Numbered from the stretch's first letter, positions 28,049 to 38,786 are shown. The stretch: DNA of 64,000 nt from Thermodesulfobacteriota bacterium (GCA_040755455.1 JBFMAY010000005.1:32001-96000); one strand, 5' to 3'. The notes: generated by a model not told the origin, from the letters alone. Program-made: numbers and translations.

Positions 28049-29158
28049 ATGAAAGATATATTCTTCCGGAAGATACCCCCCTTGATTTATTTTCTTGCAG
28101 GGCTTGTCCTGTTCTGGTGGTTTTTTGTCAGATCGGACCAGTCTCTCATCAAGCCGAATGCCGCGCCCCGGGCGGTCACGGCCCGGGGCGACCTGGCCGC
28201 TGATGAGCGCAATACCATTGAGCTGTTCCAGGCAACCTCGCCTGCCGTTGTTTACATAACCAGCATCGAATTGCGGCGGAATCTGTTCAACCTGAACATT
28301 TATGAGATACCCAAGGGTACCGGCTCCGGTTTTATCTGGGATCAGGAGGGCCGGATTGTCACAAATTATCATGTCATTGAGGATGCCAACCAGGTGCAGG
28401 TCACCCTTGCCGATAACAGCACGTGGAAGGCCGTGCTGGTTGGAGCTTCCGCGGACAAGGATATTGCGGTTCTGAAGATTTCCGCGCCTGGAAAAAATTT
28501 AAAACCGATTCCCGTGGGAGAATCCGCCAGCCTGCTGGTCGGCCAGAAGGTTTTTGCCATAGGCAATCCGTTTGGTCTTGACCAGACCATCACCGCGGGG
28601 ATCGTCAGCGCCCTCGGCCGTGAAATAAAATCGGCCAACGGCATGACCATTCATGATGTCATTCAGACGGATGCCGCCATTAATCCGGGCAATTCCGGCG
28701 GACCTCTGCTTGACAGCGCCGGCCGTCTCATCGGGGTGAACACGGCCATCTACAGTCCGGATGGGGTCAACGCCGGCATCGGCTTTGCCGTTCCTGCCGA
28801 CGAAGTAAACCGGGTGGTTACCGAGATTATCAAGCATGGCCGCCTGATCAGGCCGGGACTAGGCGTGTCGGTGGCCAACGAAAGGCTGGTGGAGCGGCTG
28901 GGCATCGAGGGTGTGCTGGTTGTCCAGGTGGAGAGTGGCAGTTCGGCGGAGAAGGCCGGCATCCGCGGCGCGAGAAGAATCGGAGGCGAACTTCTGTTAG
29001 GTGATATCATTGTCGGCCTGAATGGCAAACCAATTACAAATCTTGATGATCTGCGCCGGGAAATGGAGCGTTACCAGGTTGGCGACGAGGTGACCTTGAA
29101 GGTCATTCGTGATGGTAAGGAATTTCAGGTCAAGGTTATTCTGGATGCGGTAGGATAA
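28049..29158 (+). CDS. HtrA/DegP-family trypsin-like serine protease with PDZ domain
   Basis: N-terminal TM, GTGSG, TNYHV, DIAVL, IGNPFG, QTDAAINPGNSGGPL, one PDZ. Confidence 0.93.
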   Translation: MKDIFFRKIPPLIYFLAGLVLFWWFFVRSDQSLIKPNAAPRAVTARGDLAADERNTIELFQATSPAVVYITSIELRRNLFNLNIYEIPKGTGSGFIWDQEGRIVTNYHVIEDANQVQVTLADNSTWKAVLVGASADKDIAVLKISAPGKNLKPIPVGESASLLVGQKVFAIGNPFGLDQTITAGIVSALGREIKSANGMTIHDVIQTDAAINPGNSGGPLLDSAGRLIGVNTAIYSPDGVNAGIGFAVPADEVNRVVTEIIKHGRLIRPGLGVSVANERLVERLGIEGVLVVQVESGSSAEKAGIRGARRIGGELLLGDIIVGLNGKPITNLDDLRREMERYQVGDEVTLKVIRDGKEFQVKVILDAVG

Positions 29159-29186
29159 GTGCCTCTATGAAAAACAGGACAAGGCC

Positions 29187-30548
29187 GTGACCTGGTGGAC
29201 GCGGGCGCTTAAAAGCGTCATTTCCTTTGATGACGGTCAGAGACTGGATTTGTTCAGGATTTTCCCGGCATTCAGAAGATTTCTGGCGGCACGACACCAT
29301 TACGCCCTGCTGCGTACCGGTGCGGACATCCTTTTTGTGCTGGTGCTTATTTCCGGTTTTTTCGGTCCCCAGGATGCGCGGCGCAATATTGCTGTTTTTC
29401 TGACCTGGGGCATCCTGTGGCCCGCCATTGTTCTGTCCTGGTTTTTTGTCGGCCGCATGTGGTGCGGCATTTGTCCGTTTCCCGGGCTTGGTGTTTTTCT
29501 GCAGAGACGGGGATGGACGTTTTCCCTCAACGTTCCGCGCTTCCTGCAGAAATACGGGGTGTACATCGCCGTTTTCCTGCTGGCCCTCATCATCTGGTTT
29601 GAGACGGTTACCGGCTTGAATGAATGGCCGGCCGGCACTTCGTATCTTGTTCTTTCCATCGTGATCGGGGCGGCGGTGATGGCGGTACTTTTTCAGGGCC
29701 AGTCATGGTGCCGCCATCTCTGCCCGCTGGGACGGATCAGTGGAGCGGCGGCGACGATTTCCATTACCGAGTTCAGGGCTGACCATGATAAATGCCGGGG
29801 ATGTAAAAGCGTTTCCTGTAAAAAAGGGGCGGATACGAGTCGCGGCTGTCCTGTCTATCTTGGCGCGGTTTCCGTGCAGAATAATCTGCATTGTCTGGTC
29901 TGCGGCCATTGTCTTCCTCTCTGCGACCGTGATTCGCCGCAGTTCCTTTTGCGCAATCCGTATAACGAGCTTATCCGCAACGCCGGCAAATATAAAACCT
30001 GTACCTACACCGTGCCTTTTCTCATCGGCTCCCAGATTGCCCGTTTCATGAGGGAAAAGCCGGTTTACAGTCAGGCGCTCGACTATTTCGCCATCTCCGA
30101 TTCGCTGCTTTTCAGTCTCCTGCTGGGCATCTGTATTTTCATTGTGCTGCTGGTGATAAGACTCGGGACAAAACTCTTCGGGGTAGTGGACAATGACCCC
30201 ATTGTCGGCAAGTTGTCGCCCATGGTGCCCATCCTTATCCCCATGGCCTTTACCGGCGAGCTTGTTTACCGCATGGCCCATTTTGCCGAGGGTATCGGTG
30301 ATTTCATCCCCACCATCGGCAGGCAGTTCGGGCTGCCGATCCTTGAAAGGATATCCTTTTCCATCCCGGTGTTTCCGGTGCAGGTGCTGTCAGCCTTTTT
30401 CATGATGAACGGCGCCATTGCCGGCGGCTACATCCTGTGGCGTTATTGTCTCGGGCCTTTTGAGGGATTCGTTGATTTGAAACACTTTGTGATTATTCAT
30501 CTTCTGCTGGGCGGCGCTCTGTTCAGCTATCTGCTGGTGATTTTTTAG
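29187..30548 (+). CDS. Polytopic membrane 4Fe-4S protein (NapH/FixG-like)
   Basis: GRMWCGICP, WCRHLCPLG, CRGCKSVSC, CLVCGHCLPLC, multiple TMs. Confidence 0.82.
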   Translation: MTWWTRALKSVISFDDGQRLDLFRIFPAFRRFLAARHHYALLRTGADILFVLVLISGFFGPQDARRNIAVFLTWGILWPAIVLSWFFVGRMWCGICPFPGLGVFLQRRGWTFSLNVPRFLQKYGVYIAVFLLALIIWFETVTGLNEWPAGTSYLVLSIVIGAAVMAVLFQGQSWCRHLCPLGRISGAAATISITEFRADHDKCRGCKSVSCKKGADTSRGCPVYLGAVSVQNNLHCLVCGHCLPLCDRDSPQFLLRNPYNELIRNAGKYKTCTYTVPFLIGSQIARFMREKPVYSQALDYFAISDSLLFSLLLGICIFIVLLVIRLGTKLFGVVDNDPIVGKLSPMVPILIPMAFTGELVYRMAHFAEGIGDFIPTIGRQFGLPILERISFSIPVFPVQVLSAFFMMNGAIAGGYILWRYCLGPFEGFVDLKHFVIIHLLLGGALFSYLLVIF

Positions 30549-31617
30549 AGAGTGCATCATGTTGTTCGGTTTTATGCCGTTTTCTGGTTGACAGCAATGT
30601 TTTGCCCTTGTCCCTGGCGATTTCCCTCATTGACTGCGTGGGGTCTGTCTCGTCAATGATTTCCTGCCCGACAATCTCCTCGATGATATCTTCAAGGCTG
30701 ATAACACCCGTCATGCCGCCATATTCGTCCACAACGCAGAAGAGGTGCTGTCTGCGTTCAAAAAATTCAAGCAGGATGGTGTTGAGCTGGGCGGTTTCCG
30801 GGACAAAATGAACCGGTTTCATCAGGGAGGCGAGGGTGCGGCGTTCTTCCCCCTCCGCGACACACAGCCAAACATCTTTGCGCAGAACGATGCCGACGAT
30901 GTCATCGGGGTTGTCGTCGTATACCGGGACCCGGCTGTGCCGGTTCCACTGGTCCTTCATGAGCTGGGCTTCGGCAACAGACAGGTTTTTATCCAGGGTA
31001 AAGGTAACGGTGCGGGGAGTCATGGCCTCCCTGACGGTTTTTCTTTTCAGGTCTATGATGTTTTTGATAATCCCTTCCTGCTGGGTGTCGATCACCCCTG
31101 ATTTCCTGCTGAGCACGGTCATGGCGTGAATTTCTTCCGCGGAAATCTCGGTTTTTTTATCATAACCCGGGATGACCATCGTGGTATGTTTGATAACCCA
31201 GACTATGGGAGAAAGAATTTTTATCAGACCGTAAAGAGGAACGGCTATCCATGGAGCAATTTCCTTGCTGTAAACAACCCCGAGGGCCTTGGGAAGAATT
31301 CCAGATAAGATGAGGATGGTGAAGGTGAAGAGGGCGGAAAAGAGACTGAGATACGTGTCGCCGAAAACCGCGGCGGCATACCCTCCGGCAATGGCTGCGC
31401 CCATGGTGTTGGCTATGGTGTTGAGGGTAAGAATGGCGGAAATGGGTTGCTCGATATTGTTTTTGAGCCCTTTCAACAACCGGCCGGAGGGTTTGCCTGA
31501 TTTGGCGAGAATTTCGATCCGGCTTGCCGGCACGGAGTAAAGCACCGCCTCAATGATGCTGCACAGGGCGGAAACGAGGATGGCAATACCGGCTGCCAGG
31601 CAAAGTTTTACTAACAA
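30523..31617 (-). CDS. CNNM/HlyC-CorC family protein (DUF21 + CBS pair)
   Basis: SALCSIIEAVLYSV, ILTLNTIANT, MTPR, HSRVPVY, VVDEYGG, LEDIIEEIVG. Confidence 0.92.
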   Translation of the reverse strand: MLVKLCLAAGIAILVSALCSIIEAVLYSVPASRIEILAKSGKPSGRLLKGLKNNIEQPISAILTLNTIANTMGAAIAGGYAAAVFGDTYLSLFSALFTFTILILSGILPKALGVVYSKEIAPWIAVPLYGLIKILSPIVWVIKHTTMVIPGYDKKTEISAEEIHAMTVLSRKSGVIDTQQEGIIKNIIDLKRKTVREAMTPRTVTFTLDKNLSVAEAQLMKDQWNRHSRVPVYDDNPDDIVGIVLRKDVWLCVAEGEERRTLASLMKPVHFVPETAQLNTILLEFFERRQHLFCVVDEYGGMTGVISLEDIIEEIVGQEIIDETDPTQSMREIARDKGKTLLSTRKRHKTEQHDALSKKSPADS

Positions 31618-31654
31618 GTGTTATCGAGTTAAGTGGTGGTGAGAAAGAATAAGT

Positions 31655-32056
31655 TTAATGCGATGTAATCTCCGGCTGGGAAACTTTTCCGGAGCTTTCT
31701 GCGAGAAATTCTTCTATTTTCTGCTGTTGCTCAAGGCTCAACTCCCCGAACTGCACGCCGTTCCGCCGGATGATGGTTGATCCGGTGGGATGAATCGGAG
31801 CGGAGTCGGTCGAGGTTATCGTTTTGCATGGGATGTTTTCAAGATAAAAACCGCTGGAGCTGTTTAAGATGCCGAGTTCAAAATAGGGATTCTGGGTGAT
31901 GTCCTTACTGGTCAGAAAGCGAAAAGCAAGACCGCCTTTGCTGATGTTGATGATCTGGCCAAAGGTTGTTTCATTGAAGACAAGGATGTCATCAGCCAGA
32001 TGAAAGCGTTCGTGTTTTCTGCGTTCAACAAAAGATTTGCTTTGTTCCATGGACAT
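31655..32056 (-). CDS. Stand-alone PilZ-domain protein
   Basis: ERRKHER (RxxxR) and NISKGG motifs; GGAGGT RBS before 32056. Confidence 0.88.
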   Translation of the reverse strand: MSMEQSKSFVERRKHERFHLADDILVFNETTFGQIINISKGGLAFRFLTSKDITQNPYFELGILNSSSGFYLENIPCKTITSTDSAPIHPTGSTIIRRNGVQFGELSLEQQQKIEEFLAESSGKVSQPEITSH

Positions 32057-32264
32057 GCTGATACCTCCAGGCTGTTTGCCGTGAAACAGCATCTGGATAT
32101 GAATTAAAAAAATATAACAGATTAATACATTAAATAAAAAAAATGATACACGATTCATTATTTGTTTTGCAATATTTATTCCTTGATTTTTTCGATTACT
32201 TTTACCATCTTTTCAGCATGATGCGTTATTCACTGGAAAATGAAATATTCATTTTCCCGGAAAA

Positions 32265-32822
32265 ATGACCGTTTTCGTGGAATTTGCCGTGTTGACCATT
32301 GATCAGTATGCCGGGCTGCTTGCACGTTTGAATGAAAAAAATATGCCTGATGTCAAGAAAATTGTTCTCCTGGCAGGGATGGATTTCGGTGATCGTGAAA
32401 AGTGGTGGACCAGAAGTGGCAGGAGGCGCCGTCCCCATGAGGGAGTGGATGTGGTCTGCGGTGAGGACAGCGCAGGGGAAAGGCATTTCCTCGGGGAAGG
32501 GGTAAAGGTTCCCAGTCTCACCTCGGGTGAGATAGTTGCCATATGCGATGATTTTCTTGGCCAATCCGTTTTGGTCAGAGGTGCAAGCCGTTCCCGCGGC
32601 AGCATTATCGCGGTGCATGCCCATATCCTGCCCAAGGGCGGGCGGGGAGATCTGGTGGAGGCTGGTGAGGAGATTGGTGTTGTCGTCCCGACGGAGGGAC
32701 CGGTTCCTGCTCATCTCCATCTTTCCCTGCTGGGGTTCAACCCGGCACTGCCTTGGGCGGATATTGACTGGCAGTATCTTAACAAATGCGATTGGGACTT
32801 GTTCCTCGATCCATTCGCATAA
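32265..32822 (+). CDS. M23-family metallopeptidase-like protein
   Basis: HEGVD (HxxxD) and HLH motifs with M23 spacing; no signal peptide. Confidence 0.7.
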   Translation: MTVFVEFAVLTIDQYAGLLARLNEKNMPDVKKIVLLAGMDFGDREKWWTRSGRRRRPHEGVDVVCGEDSAGERHFLGEGVKVPSLTSGEIVAICDDFLGQSVLVRGASRSRGSIIAVHAHILPKGGRGDLVEAGEEIGVVVPTEGPVPAHLHLSLLGFNPALPWADIDWQYLNKCDWDLFLDPFA

Positions 32823-32839
32823 ATAATAAGGAGTTTGTG

Positions 32840-33316
32840 ATGACAGAAGATGTTGATAGAAAATTAATCCCCAGCCTGCGTGAAGGGATTGATGTGGTTA
32901 AGATGATTTTTTTTAAGAAGCTGAAGGCGTATCTGTTGAAAAAATTTCCGGAGGATGGGGATGTCTATGCCGGTATGCTTGCCGGGGCCATGATGAACGA
33001 TCTTTTCGGTTCACCGAATCCCCAGGAAAAATTCAAGATCTTTGCCGAGGAAAACCGCAAGCGCATCAGGCAGGAGCTGGAAAATGTCTCACGTGAATTT
33101 AAAGATCTGTGCATCCTGCTTACCGACGCTTTGCGTATGCACTTCCTCTGTAATCATCAGGAAGGCATCGAAGGCAACAATGAGGAGATTTTGAAAAAGG
33201 CAAGGGATTACGGGATACTGATTGAAGCCCGTGATGTGCCGCTGCCCAAGGGTTTTATGGAGCTGGTTTACAGGGTAGGCAAGGCCAACGGGTTGATCAG
33301 CGAGCAGAAAGGTTAG
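32840..33316 (+). CDS. Hypothetical protein
   Basis: 158-aa ORF with AAGGAG RBS; helical, no recognised motif. Confidence 0.75.
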   Translation: MTEDVDRKLIPSLREGIDVVKMIFFKKLKAYLLKKFPEDGDVYAGMLAGAMMNDLFGSPNPQEKFKIFAEENRKRIRQELENVSREFKDLCILLTDALRMHFLCNHQEGIEGNNEEILKKARDYGILIEARDVPLPKGFMELVYRVGKANGLISEQKG

Positions 33317-33577
33317 CGCCGTATGCTGTTCTGGTGTTTGACTTGCGCGGCAGGGAGCAAGAGCCCTGTTGGCCTGGAATGTGTCTTGTTTTGTCGCGGT
33401 TGCTGACCACAGTGGTGAGGGGGCTGCTATTACTTGTTTGCTGAAAAAAATAAAAAAAAGATGCTTGCATTCGTCTCTGATTTTGCTATGTTACGATTTG
33501 CTGAATTTTTTAAATGATGAGTGGTAGTGAAACAAAAAGTTGGCGTTTTCAAATGTGATGAATGAAGAGTTAGAGAA

Positions 33578-33721
33578 ATGAGCAAACGTGAAGCTATCCG
33601 CATCCTGATGTTAAGTCCGATTTATTTCAAATTATCCCTTGCTGAACGACATGAGTTGATCGAAGAGTTTCTGCAGATTCATCGACAATCCTCATTAAAA
33701 ATGTCCCGGGATAAGAAGTAA
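33578..33721 (+). CDS. Small protein (47 aa) missed by the ORF track
   Basis: MSKREAIRILMLSPIYFKLSLAERHELIEEFLQIHRQSSLKMSRDKK; upstream TTGCAT-16-(TGc)TATGTT promoter-like site at 33465-33492. Confidence 0.6.
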   Translation: MSKREAIRILMLSPIYFKLSLAERHELIEEFLQIHRQSSLKMSRDKK

Positions 33722-33776
33722 ATTATACTTGCTGTTTTTCCTCTTTTACTATTCTCAACCATGGGTTATGAATTTT

Positions 33777-34265
33777 TCATAACTCGTACAGGGTGTCATC
33801 TTCAGCCGGCGGGTTTTTGTAGCCGCCTTTCATTTTTTTTCGCATGGCGGCAAAGGGGTCTTCATTTTCCAGAAGTTCTCCCATGTCCGTCTCGATCTTG
33901 TCCGGGTCTTCACCCGCTTCCATGCGGCTGATGGCCTCCTCCATCCCATCACCTAAGGCGAGACCGGTCTGCTGTGAGAATTTGCGCATGAGCAGCGCCA
34001 TCTGCCGGGGATCGTCTGCATTGATAGTATCCGCCTCCTGGGCCAGTCCGGCAAGTACCCGTTCCATTTTTGCCTCATCAAAACCAGGGATAAAATCCTC
34101 TTCCGCCCCCTTCTTTGCTTTGCCTAGGGTGGCGAAGGCAGAGACTTTCCGCTGAAGCACTCCTTGACATTTCGGGCAAGGGGGCTGGGCGGAGGTATTG
34201 ATCCGCCGCGAAAGAAAATTAAAGATCGTATGGCAGTGCTTGCAGTAAAATTCATAAATCGGCAT
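33777..34265 (-). CDS. FmdB-family zinc-ribbon protein
   Basis: MPIYEFYCKHC...CPKC plus acidic C-terminal extension. Confidence 0.88.
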   Translation of the reverse strand: MPIYEFYCKHCHTIFNFLSRRINTSAQPPCPKCQGVLQRKVSAFATLGKAKKGAEEDFIPGFDEAKMERVLAGLAQEADTINADDPRQMALLMRKFSQQTGLALGDGMEEAISRMEAGEDPDKIETDMGELLENEDPFAAMRKKMKGGYKNPPAEDDTLYEL

Positions 34266-34279
34266 GTAGTTGTCCTTTA

Positions 34280-36122
34280 GAGCTATTACGGGACAAGCTC
34301 TGAGTTAATTTCGTGATTCAAGATCCTGCCAGCGGGCATAGAGCTTATCAACTTTATCCTGGGCCGGCTGCAGAAGCGCGCACCATCTGGCCAGTTCCTC
34401 GGCATTGCTGATGACCGCTGGATTTTCCAGTTGCTGCCGGCATTGCGCAAGTTCCCCCTCCGCCTCGAGGATTTTTTCTTCAATGGTGGCCAGTTCAAGT
34501 CTTTCCCCATAGGTTATTTTCGCTTCACCCTGCTTCCGCGTTTTTTCTCTGGCCACAGTTTTCTTTTTCACGGGCGCAGCCTGCCGGTTCTGATCCTGCA
34601 GCCACTGGTCAAAATCCTCATACAGAGCGGTTCCGCCCCTGCCGTTAAACCCGAGAATTTTCGTGGTCACATTGTCCAGAAAAAATCGATCATGGCTGAC
34701 CAGGACGACGGCCCCCGGAAAATCAATCAGGCTCTCCTCCAGCACGGCAAGAGAAGGGATATCAAGATCATTACCCGGTTCGTCGAGCAGGAGGATATCC
34801 GCCTGCTGCAGCATGAGGCGGGCAATGAGTATCCGGGCCTGTTCGCCGCCGGAGAGACGGTTTACCGGTTGATCAAGCTGATCGGGCTGGAAAAGGAAAC
34901 GTTTGGCCCAGCCCACGATGTGGATGGGATTACCCTGGTAAATAACCGTGTCGCCGGCCGGGGAAAGAGACTGGCGCAGGGTCTCATCCTGATTGATCTG
35001 TTCCCGTTTCTGGTCAAAGAGCACAAGGCGCACCCCATCGGCCAGCATAATTTTCCCGCTGTCAGGAGCAATGGTGCCGGCCAGGATATTGATAAGGGTG
35101 CTCTTGCCGCTGCCGTTCGCGCCCATGAGGCCGAGGCGGCTGCCCGGCGCGAGGACAAAGCTGAGATTGCTGAACAGGGGGCGTCCTGCCGCAGATTTTG
35201 AAAGATCCATGGCCTCAAGCAGTTTTTTTGTTTTACGGCCCGTTGCCTCAAAATCAATTTTCACCTGTCTGTTTGCCGCGTTCATTTCCCGTACGCTATT
35301 GAGCTCATTTTGCAGCTCATGGGCCTTGTCAATGCGGAAACGGGCCTTGGTGGTGCGGGCCTTGGGGCCGCGGCGCAGCCATTCCGTCTCCCGGCGCACC
35401 TTGTTGGAGAGTGCGGACTGGCGCTGGCTCTGGCTGTCGAGAAAGGCCGCTCTTTCTTCAAGGAAACGGCTGTAATTCCCGTTGACCCGGAAAAATCCCT
35501 CCGGATAGCAGCGGTTGAGTTCAATGATGCGGCTGGTGGTATTCTCCAGGAAGGCCCGGTCATGGCTGATGAGGATGAAGGCAAATGGCGGGTTGGCCAG
35601 AATTTTTTCAAGCCACAGGATCCCTTGGATATCAAGATGGTTGGTGGGTTCATCCAGCAGAAGCAGATCGGGTTGCCGGATCAGTGCCCGGGCAATCGCC
35701 AGTCTCTTGCGCCAGCCGCCGGAAAGGTCGGCAACTTTTTGCTGGCCGTCATCCAACTGGGTCTGGCCCATGATGATTTTTATCCGGCCATGGCGGGAAA
35801 CTTCGTCATGATCATCGGCGATTGCTTCCTGCAGGACCATCTCAACCGTCTGCTCCGGCTGGAAGGTGTCATCCTGGGCCAGGTAGACAACCTGTAAACC
35901 CTTCTGGCCGGTTATTTTACCACTGTCCGGCGTTTCCTGTCCGGCAAGAATTTTCAGCAGGGTTGATTTGCCGGAACCGTTGGGACCGATCAGGCCAAGC
36001 CGTTCATCGCGGTAAAAACTGATGGATATGTCGGTAAAAAGCTGGTGGGCGGCGAAACTCTTGCTGATTGACTGGCAATTGATAATCATAAAATAAAAAA
36101 TATAAATGTCTCGTAATAGCTC
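34280..36122. repeat. 16-bp imperfect inverted repeats bracketing the ABC-F gene
   Basis: GAGCTATTACGGGACA (34280-34295) and TGTCTCGTAATAGCTC (36107-36122), 15/16 inverted match, related to the MITE ends. Confidence 0.6.
34305..36089 (-). CDS. uup: ABC-F family ATPase (Uup-like)
   Basis: Two ABC domains (GPNGSGKS, LSGGW, LDEPTNHLD; GANGSGKS, LSGGE), linker WLRRGPKARTTK, C-terminal coiled coil, no TM. Confidence 0.9.
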   Translation of the reverse strand: MIINCQSISKSFAAHQLFTDISISFYRDERLGLIGPNGSGKSTLLKILAGQETPDSGKITGQKGLQVVYLAQDDTFQPEQTVEMVLQEAIADDHDEVSRHGRIKIIMGQTQLDDGQQKVADLSGGWRKRLAIARALIRQPDLLLLDEPTNHLDIQGILWLEKILANPPFAFILISHDRAFLENTTSRIIELNRCYPEGFFRVNGNYSRFLEERAAFLDSQSQRQSALSNKVRRETEWLRRGPKARTTKARFRIDKAHELQNELNSVREMNAANRQVKIDFEATGRKTKKLLEAMDLSKSAAGRPLFSNLSFVLAPGSRLGLMGANGSGKSTLINILAGTIAPDSGKIMLADGVRLVLFDQKREQINQDETLRQSLSPAGDTVIYQGNPIHIVGWAKRFLFQPDQLDQPVNRLSGGEQARILIARLMLQQADILLLDEPGNDLDIPSLAVLEESLIDFPGAVVLVSHDRFFLDNVTTKILGFNGRGGTALYEDFDQWLQDQNRQAAPVKKKTVAREKTRKQGEAKITYGERLELATIEEKILEAEGELAQCRQQLENPAVISNAEELARWCALLQPAQDKVDKLYARWQDLESRN

Positions 36123-36376
36123 ACGCGTGGAGACATGGCAAAGGATTAAATGTGATCAACAGAAGTGTAATCTTTTTTGCTGAAAAATAAAGTAGGCCGG
36201 ATTTTTTTTATCATCCCCGTGATAAATCACCGACCAGGGGAAATGGCAGCTCCTGGCAGGCGTGTTTTCTGAAAAAATGTTGACTTCCCAAGAGGATATC
36301 AGGCAGAATTTAATTCCAAGCAAATTACCTCCTGTCTTACGGGGCAGGCTATATATTTTATTAATGAGGTTATTAT

Positions 36377-36913
36377 ATGTCAGATGAAGCGGAAACCATT
36401 GATGTCGTGGCTAACATTTTCAGTCAGGCCATTAAGAAAACCCTGGAGAAAAGCACCAAAAAAACGATCAAATATTCGCCGACCTTTCAGTCCATCCCCA
36501 GGGTCAGTCTGAAGCCTGAAATAGGATGTTTCGTCATGTTCTCCGGCGATTATAACGGGTTGGTCGTGATGAACTTCTCCGCCGATGCGGCAATGGATCT
36601 CTATAGAAGTTACATGCTCAACATGGGTTTGCCGGAAAGTGATTTAGCCAAGGAATGCACATCCAATGAAGTCATTGACACCATGGGGGAGATGACCAAC
36701 CAGGTCATGGGCCGCGCCATGAGCATGGTGGAAAGTAAATTTGAACTCACCGCAAATTGCGGTCAGCCGAAGGCCTTGGCGTTGAACAACGCCATCACCC
36801 TCACCCCTGAGATGGATTATCAGACCAATCGCCGCGTTGCCTTTTCCATGGGCACCAACAGGTTTCATATGGAGCTTGCCCTGGAGCAGACCCAGTTTGT
36901 CACCTTCAAATAG
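36377..36913 (+). CDS. DUF3334 / CheX-like protein
   Basis: LKPEIGCFVMFSGDYNGLVVMNFS, MGLPE, DTMGEMTNQ (CheX-like ExxN). Confidence 0.75.
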   Translation: MSDEAETIDVVANIFSQAIKKTLEKSTKKTIKYSPTFQSIPRVSLKPEIGCFVMFSGDYNGLVVMNFSADAAMDLYRSYMLNMGLPESDLAKECTSNEVIDTMGEMTNQVMGRAMSMVESKFELTANCGQPKALALNNAITLTPEMDYQTNRRVAFSMGTNRFHMELALEQTQFVTFK

Positions 36914-36924
36914 CGGGAGCCTCT

Positions 36925-38496
36925 TTAGCGTATGCCGTGTTTGTTCAGAAACGGGGCATACCGTTTATCTTCAATAAGGATGTGCGTTTGCAGCCAGTCT
37001 TTGAGGAAGGTGAGGACATCGATAAGATTGACGTCCTTGCCTTCATTGATCTGGGTGATAATCCCTGACACCCTGCCGAGAAGTTTTTCGTGAATGGCCT
37101 TGTGTTTTTTGGTTTCCGGATAGTTGAACTGGACAAAATATTTTTCTTCATTGGCAAAGTGGCCGACGGTAAATTTTACCAGCTCCCCGAGAATTTTCTT
37201 TATATCATTGATCGGCTTATCCTTTTTGACCGCGGCATGAACTTGGTTGATATAGTCCATGATTTTCTTATGCTGCTCGTCAATTTCTGCGATGCCGACG
37301 CTGAATTCACTGCTGAAGACAATGAATTTTCTCTCAACCGTTTTGGGGTCAGGCAAATACTGATGCGGCACCGTAAAATTCCGCAGCATTCTGTCTATAT
37401 CCTTGCCCAGGCTTGCCACTTCCATCCCGCTGGCATATACCTTGGTTGAATCGGTTTTAATCCTGGTGCTTTCGGCGGAAACTTCGGTCATCGATTCGGC
37501 AACCAGGTGGGCAAGCTGGGCGGAATCGCTAATGAGCCTGTTGACCTCCGTGACCGCTTCGCTGGTGGTGACCACGGCGGCGGTCATTTCCTTGATGCCG
37601 TCCGTCACCTTTGCTATGCTTTCCGCAATGTCCTTTGTGGTAACGGATTGTTCCTCCACAGCGGCGGCAATGGTTGCCACAACATTATTCACCTCGTTAA
37701 TGACCTCATGGATGGTGCTGATTTCCTTGATGGTCGATTCCGTTGCCGACTGGATGGCGTTGACCTTATTGCGGATATCTTCCGTCGCCTTGCTGGTCTG
37801 GGTGGCAAGATCTTTTACCTCGTTGGCGACCACGGCAAATCCCTTACCCGCTTCCCCGGCCCGGGCCGCTTCAATGGTGGCGTTCAAGGCGAGAAGTTTT
37901 GTCTGGTCGGAGATCTCGGTGATGACGGAAATAACGTTGTTGATTTCAGCGGCAGCGCTGCCGAGGCTGTTCACCCTGTCTGCGGCTCGCACCACGGATT
38001 GGGCCGCTTTGTCGGCAACAACTCTGGCCTGCTCGGAATTCTGAGCAATTTCAGTGATGGTGGCTGACATCTCCTCGGTTGAGGTGGAAACAATGCTCAA
38101 GTTTTCAGATGAAACCGAAGCCTTGGCGGAAACCGCATTCATGTTTATGGCAAGTCTTGAGGCGACCACGGCAATGGTCTGCAGATTTTCTTCCATCTCC
38201 TTGGTGGAGGCGTCAACATCGGCAGTGTGGCCGGCCATTGTTTGGGCACTATTGCGCATGCCGGTGGACAGGCTTTCAAGTTCTGCCGAGGCAGAGGCGA
38301 GATTTTGGGTGTCGCTGATGACGCAGCTTACGATTCTGGCGAGGTTTTCCTGCATGTTGGCGATGGAGCGCAGGACACTTTTGCTGCTGGCCGGGTCCAG
38401 GGCCGACGTGAGATCGCCCTGGGCAATTTTTTCAATGATTTTTTCGACTTCGGCCAGGGACGACCCGCCCGAACAGAAAAGTCCTTTTCCAAACAT
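36925..38496 (-). CDS. Soluble methyl-accepting chemotaxis protein with C-terminal bacteriohemerythrin
   Basis: MCP core [24 protein letters not shown]; hemerythrin IDEQH, HFANEE, HKAIH, HILIED; no TM. Confidence 0.92.
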   Translation of the reverse strand: MFGKGLFCSGGSSLAEVEKIIEKIAQGDLTSALDPASSKSVLRSIANMQENLARIVSCVISDTQNLASASAELESLSTGMRNSAQTMAGHTADVDASTKEMEENLQTIAVVASRLAINMNAVSAKASVSSENLSIVSTSTEEMSATITEIAQNSEQARVVADKAAQSVVRAADRVNSLGSAAAEINNVISVITEISDQTKLLALNATIEAARAGEAGKGFAVVANEVKDLATQTSKATEDIRNKVNAIQSATESTIKEISTIHEVINEVNNVVATIAAAVEEQSVTTKDIAESIAKVTDGIKEMTAAVVTTSEAVTEVNRLISDSAQLAHLVAESMTEVSAESTRIKTDSTKVYASGMEVASLGKDIDRMLRNFTVPHQYLPDPKTVERKFIVFSSEFSVGIAEIDEQHKKIMDYINQVHAAVKKDKPINDIKKILGELVKFTVGHFANEEKYFVQFNYPETKKHKAIHEKLLGRVSGIITQINEGKDVNLIDVLTFLKDWLQTHILIEDKRYAPFLNKHGIR

Positions 38497-38786
38497 AAAA
38501 TCCTCTTTAAATTTGCTTGTTACATCAGAGCAGGAGAGAAAAAAGTGGACAATAAATTACTCTGACTTATCTTATGATGATGTAATCCGGTAATCAAGGC
38601 GCTTTTCTCGGTTGAATAAGAAAAGAAAAGGTTTTTAAAAATGTTTTTGATGCGGTAGTATGACAGTCTTTGGTTCTTGCTGTCTGGAGCGTACCGAGCA
38701 TATCATATGCTTGGGGTATAATCAAAGAATGTAAACAATATTTTACCGATATGACAATCTAAATTTTATCCATAGGGAGTAAAGAC

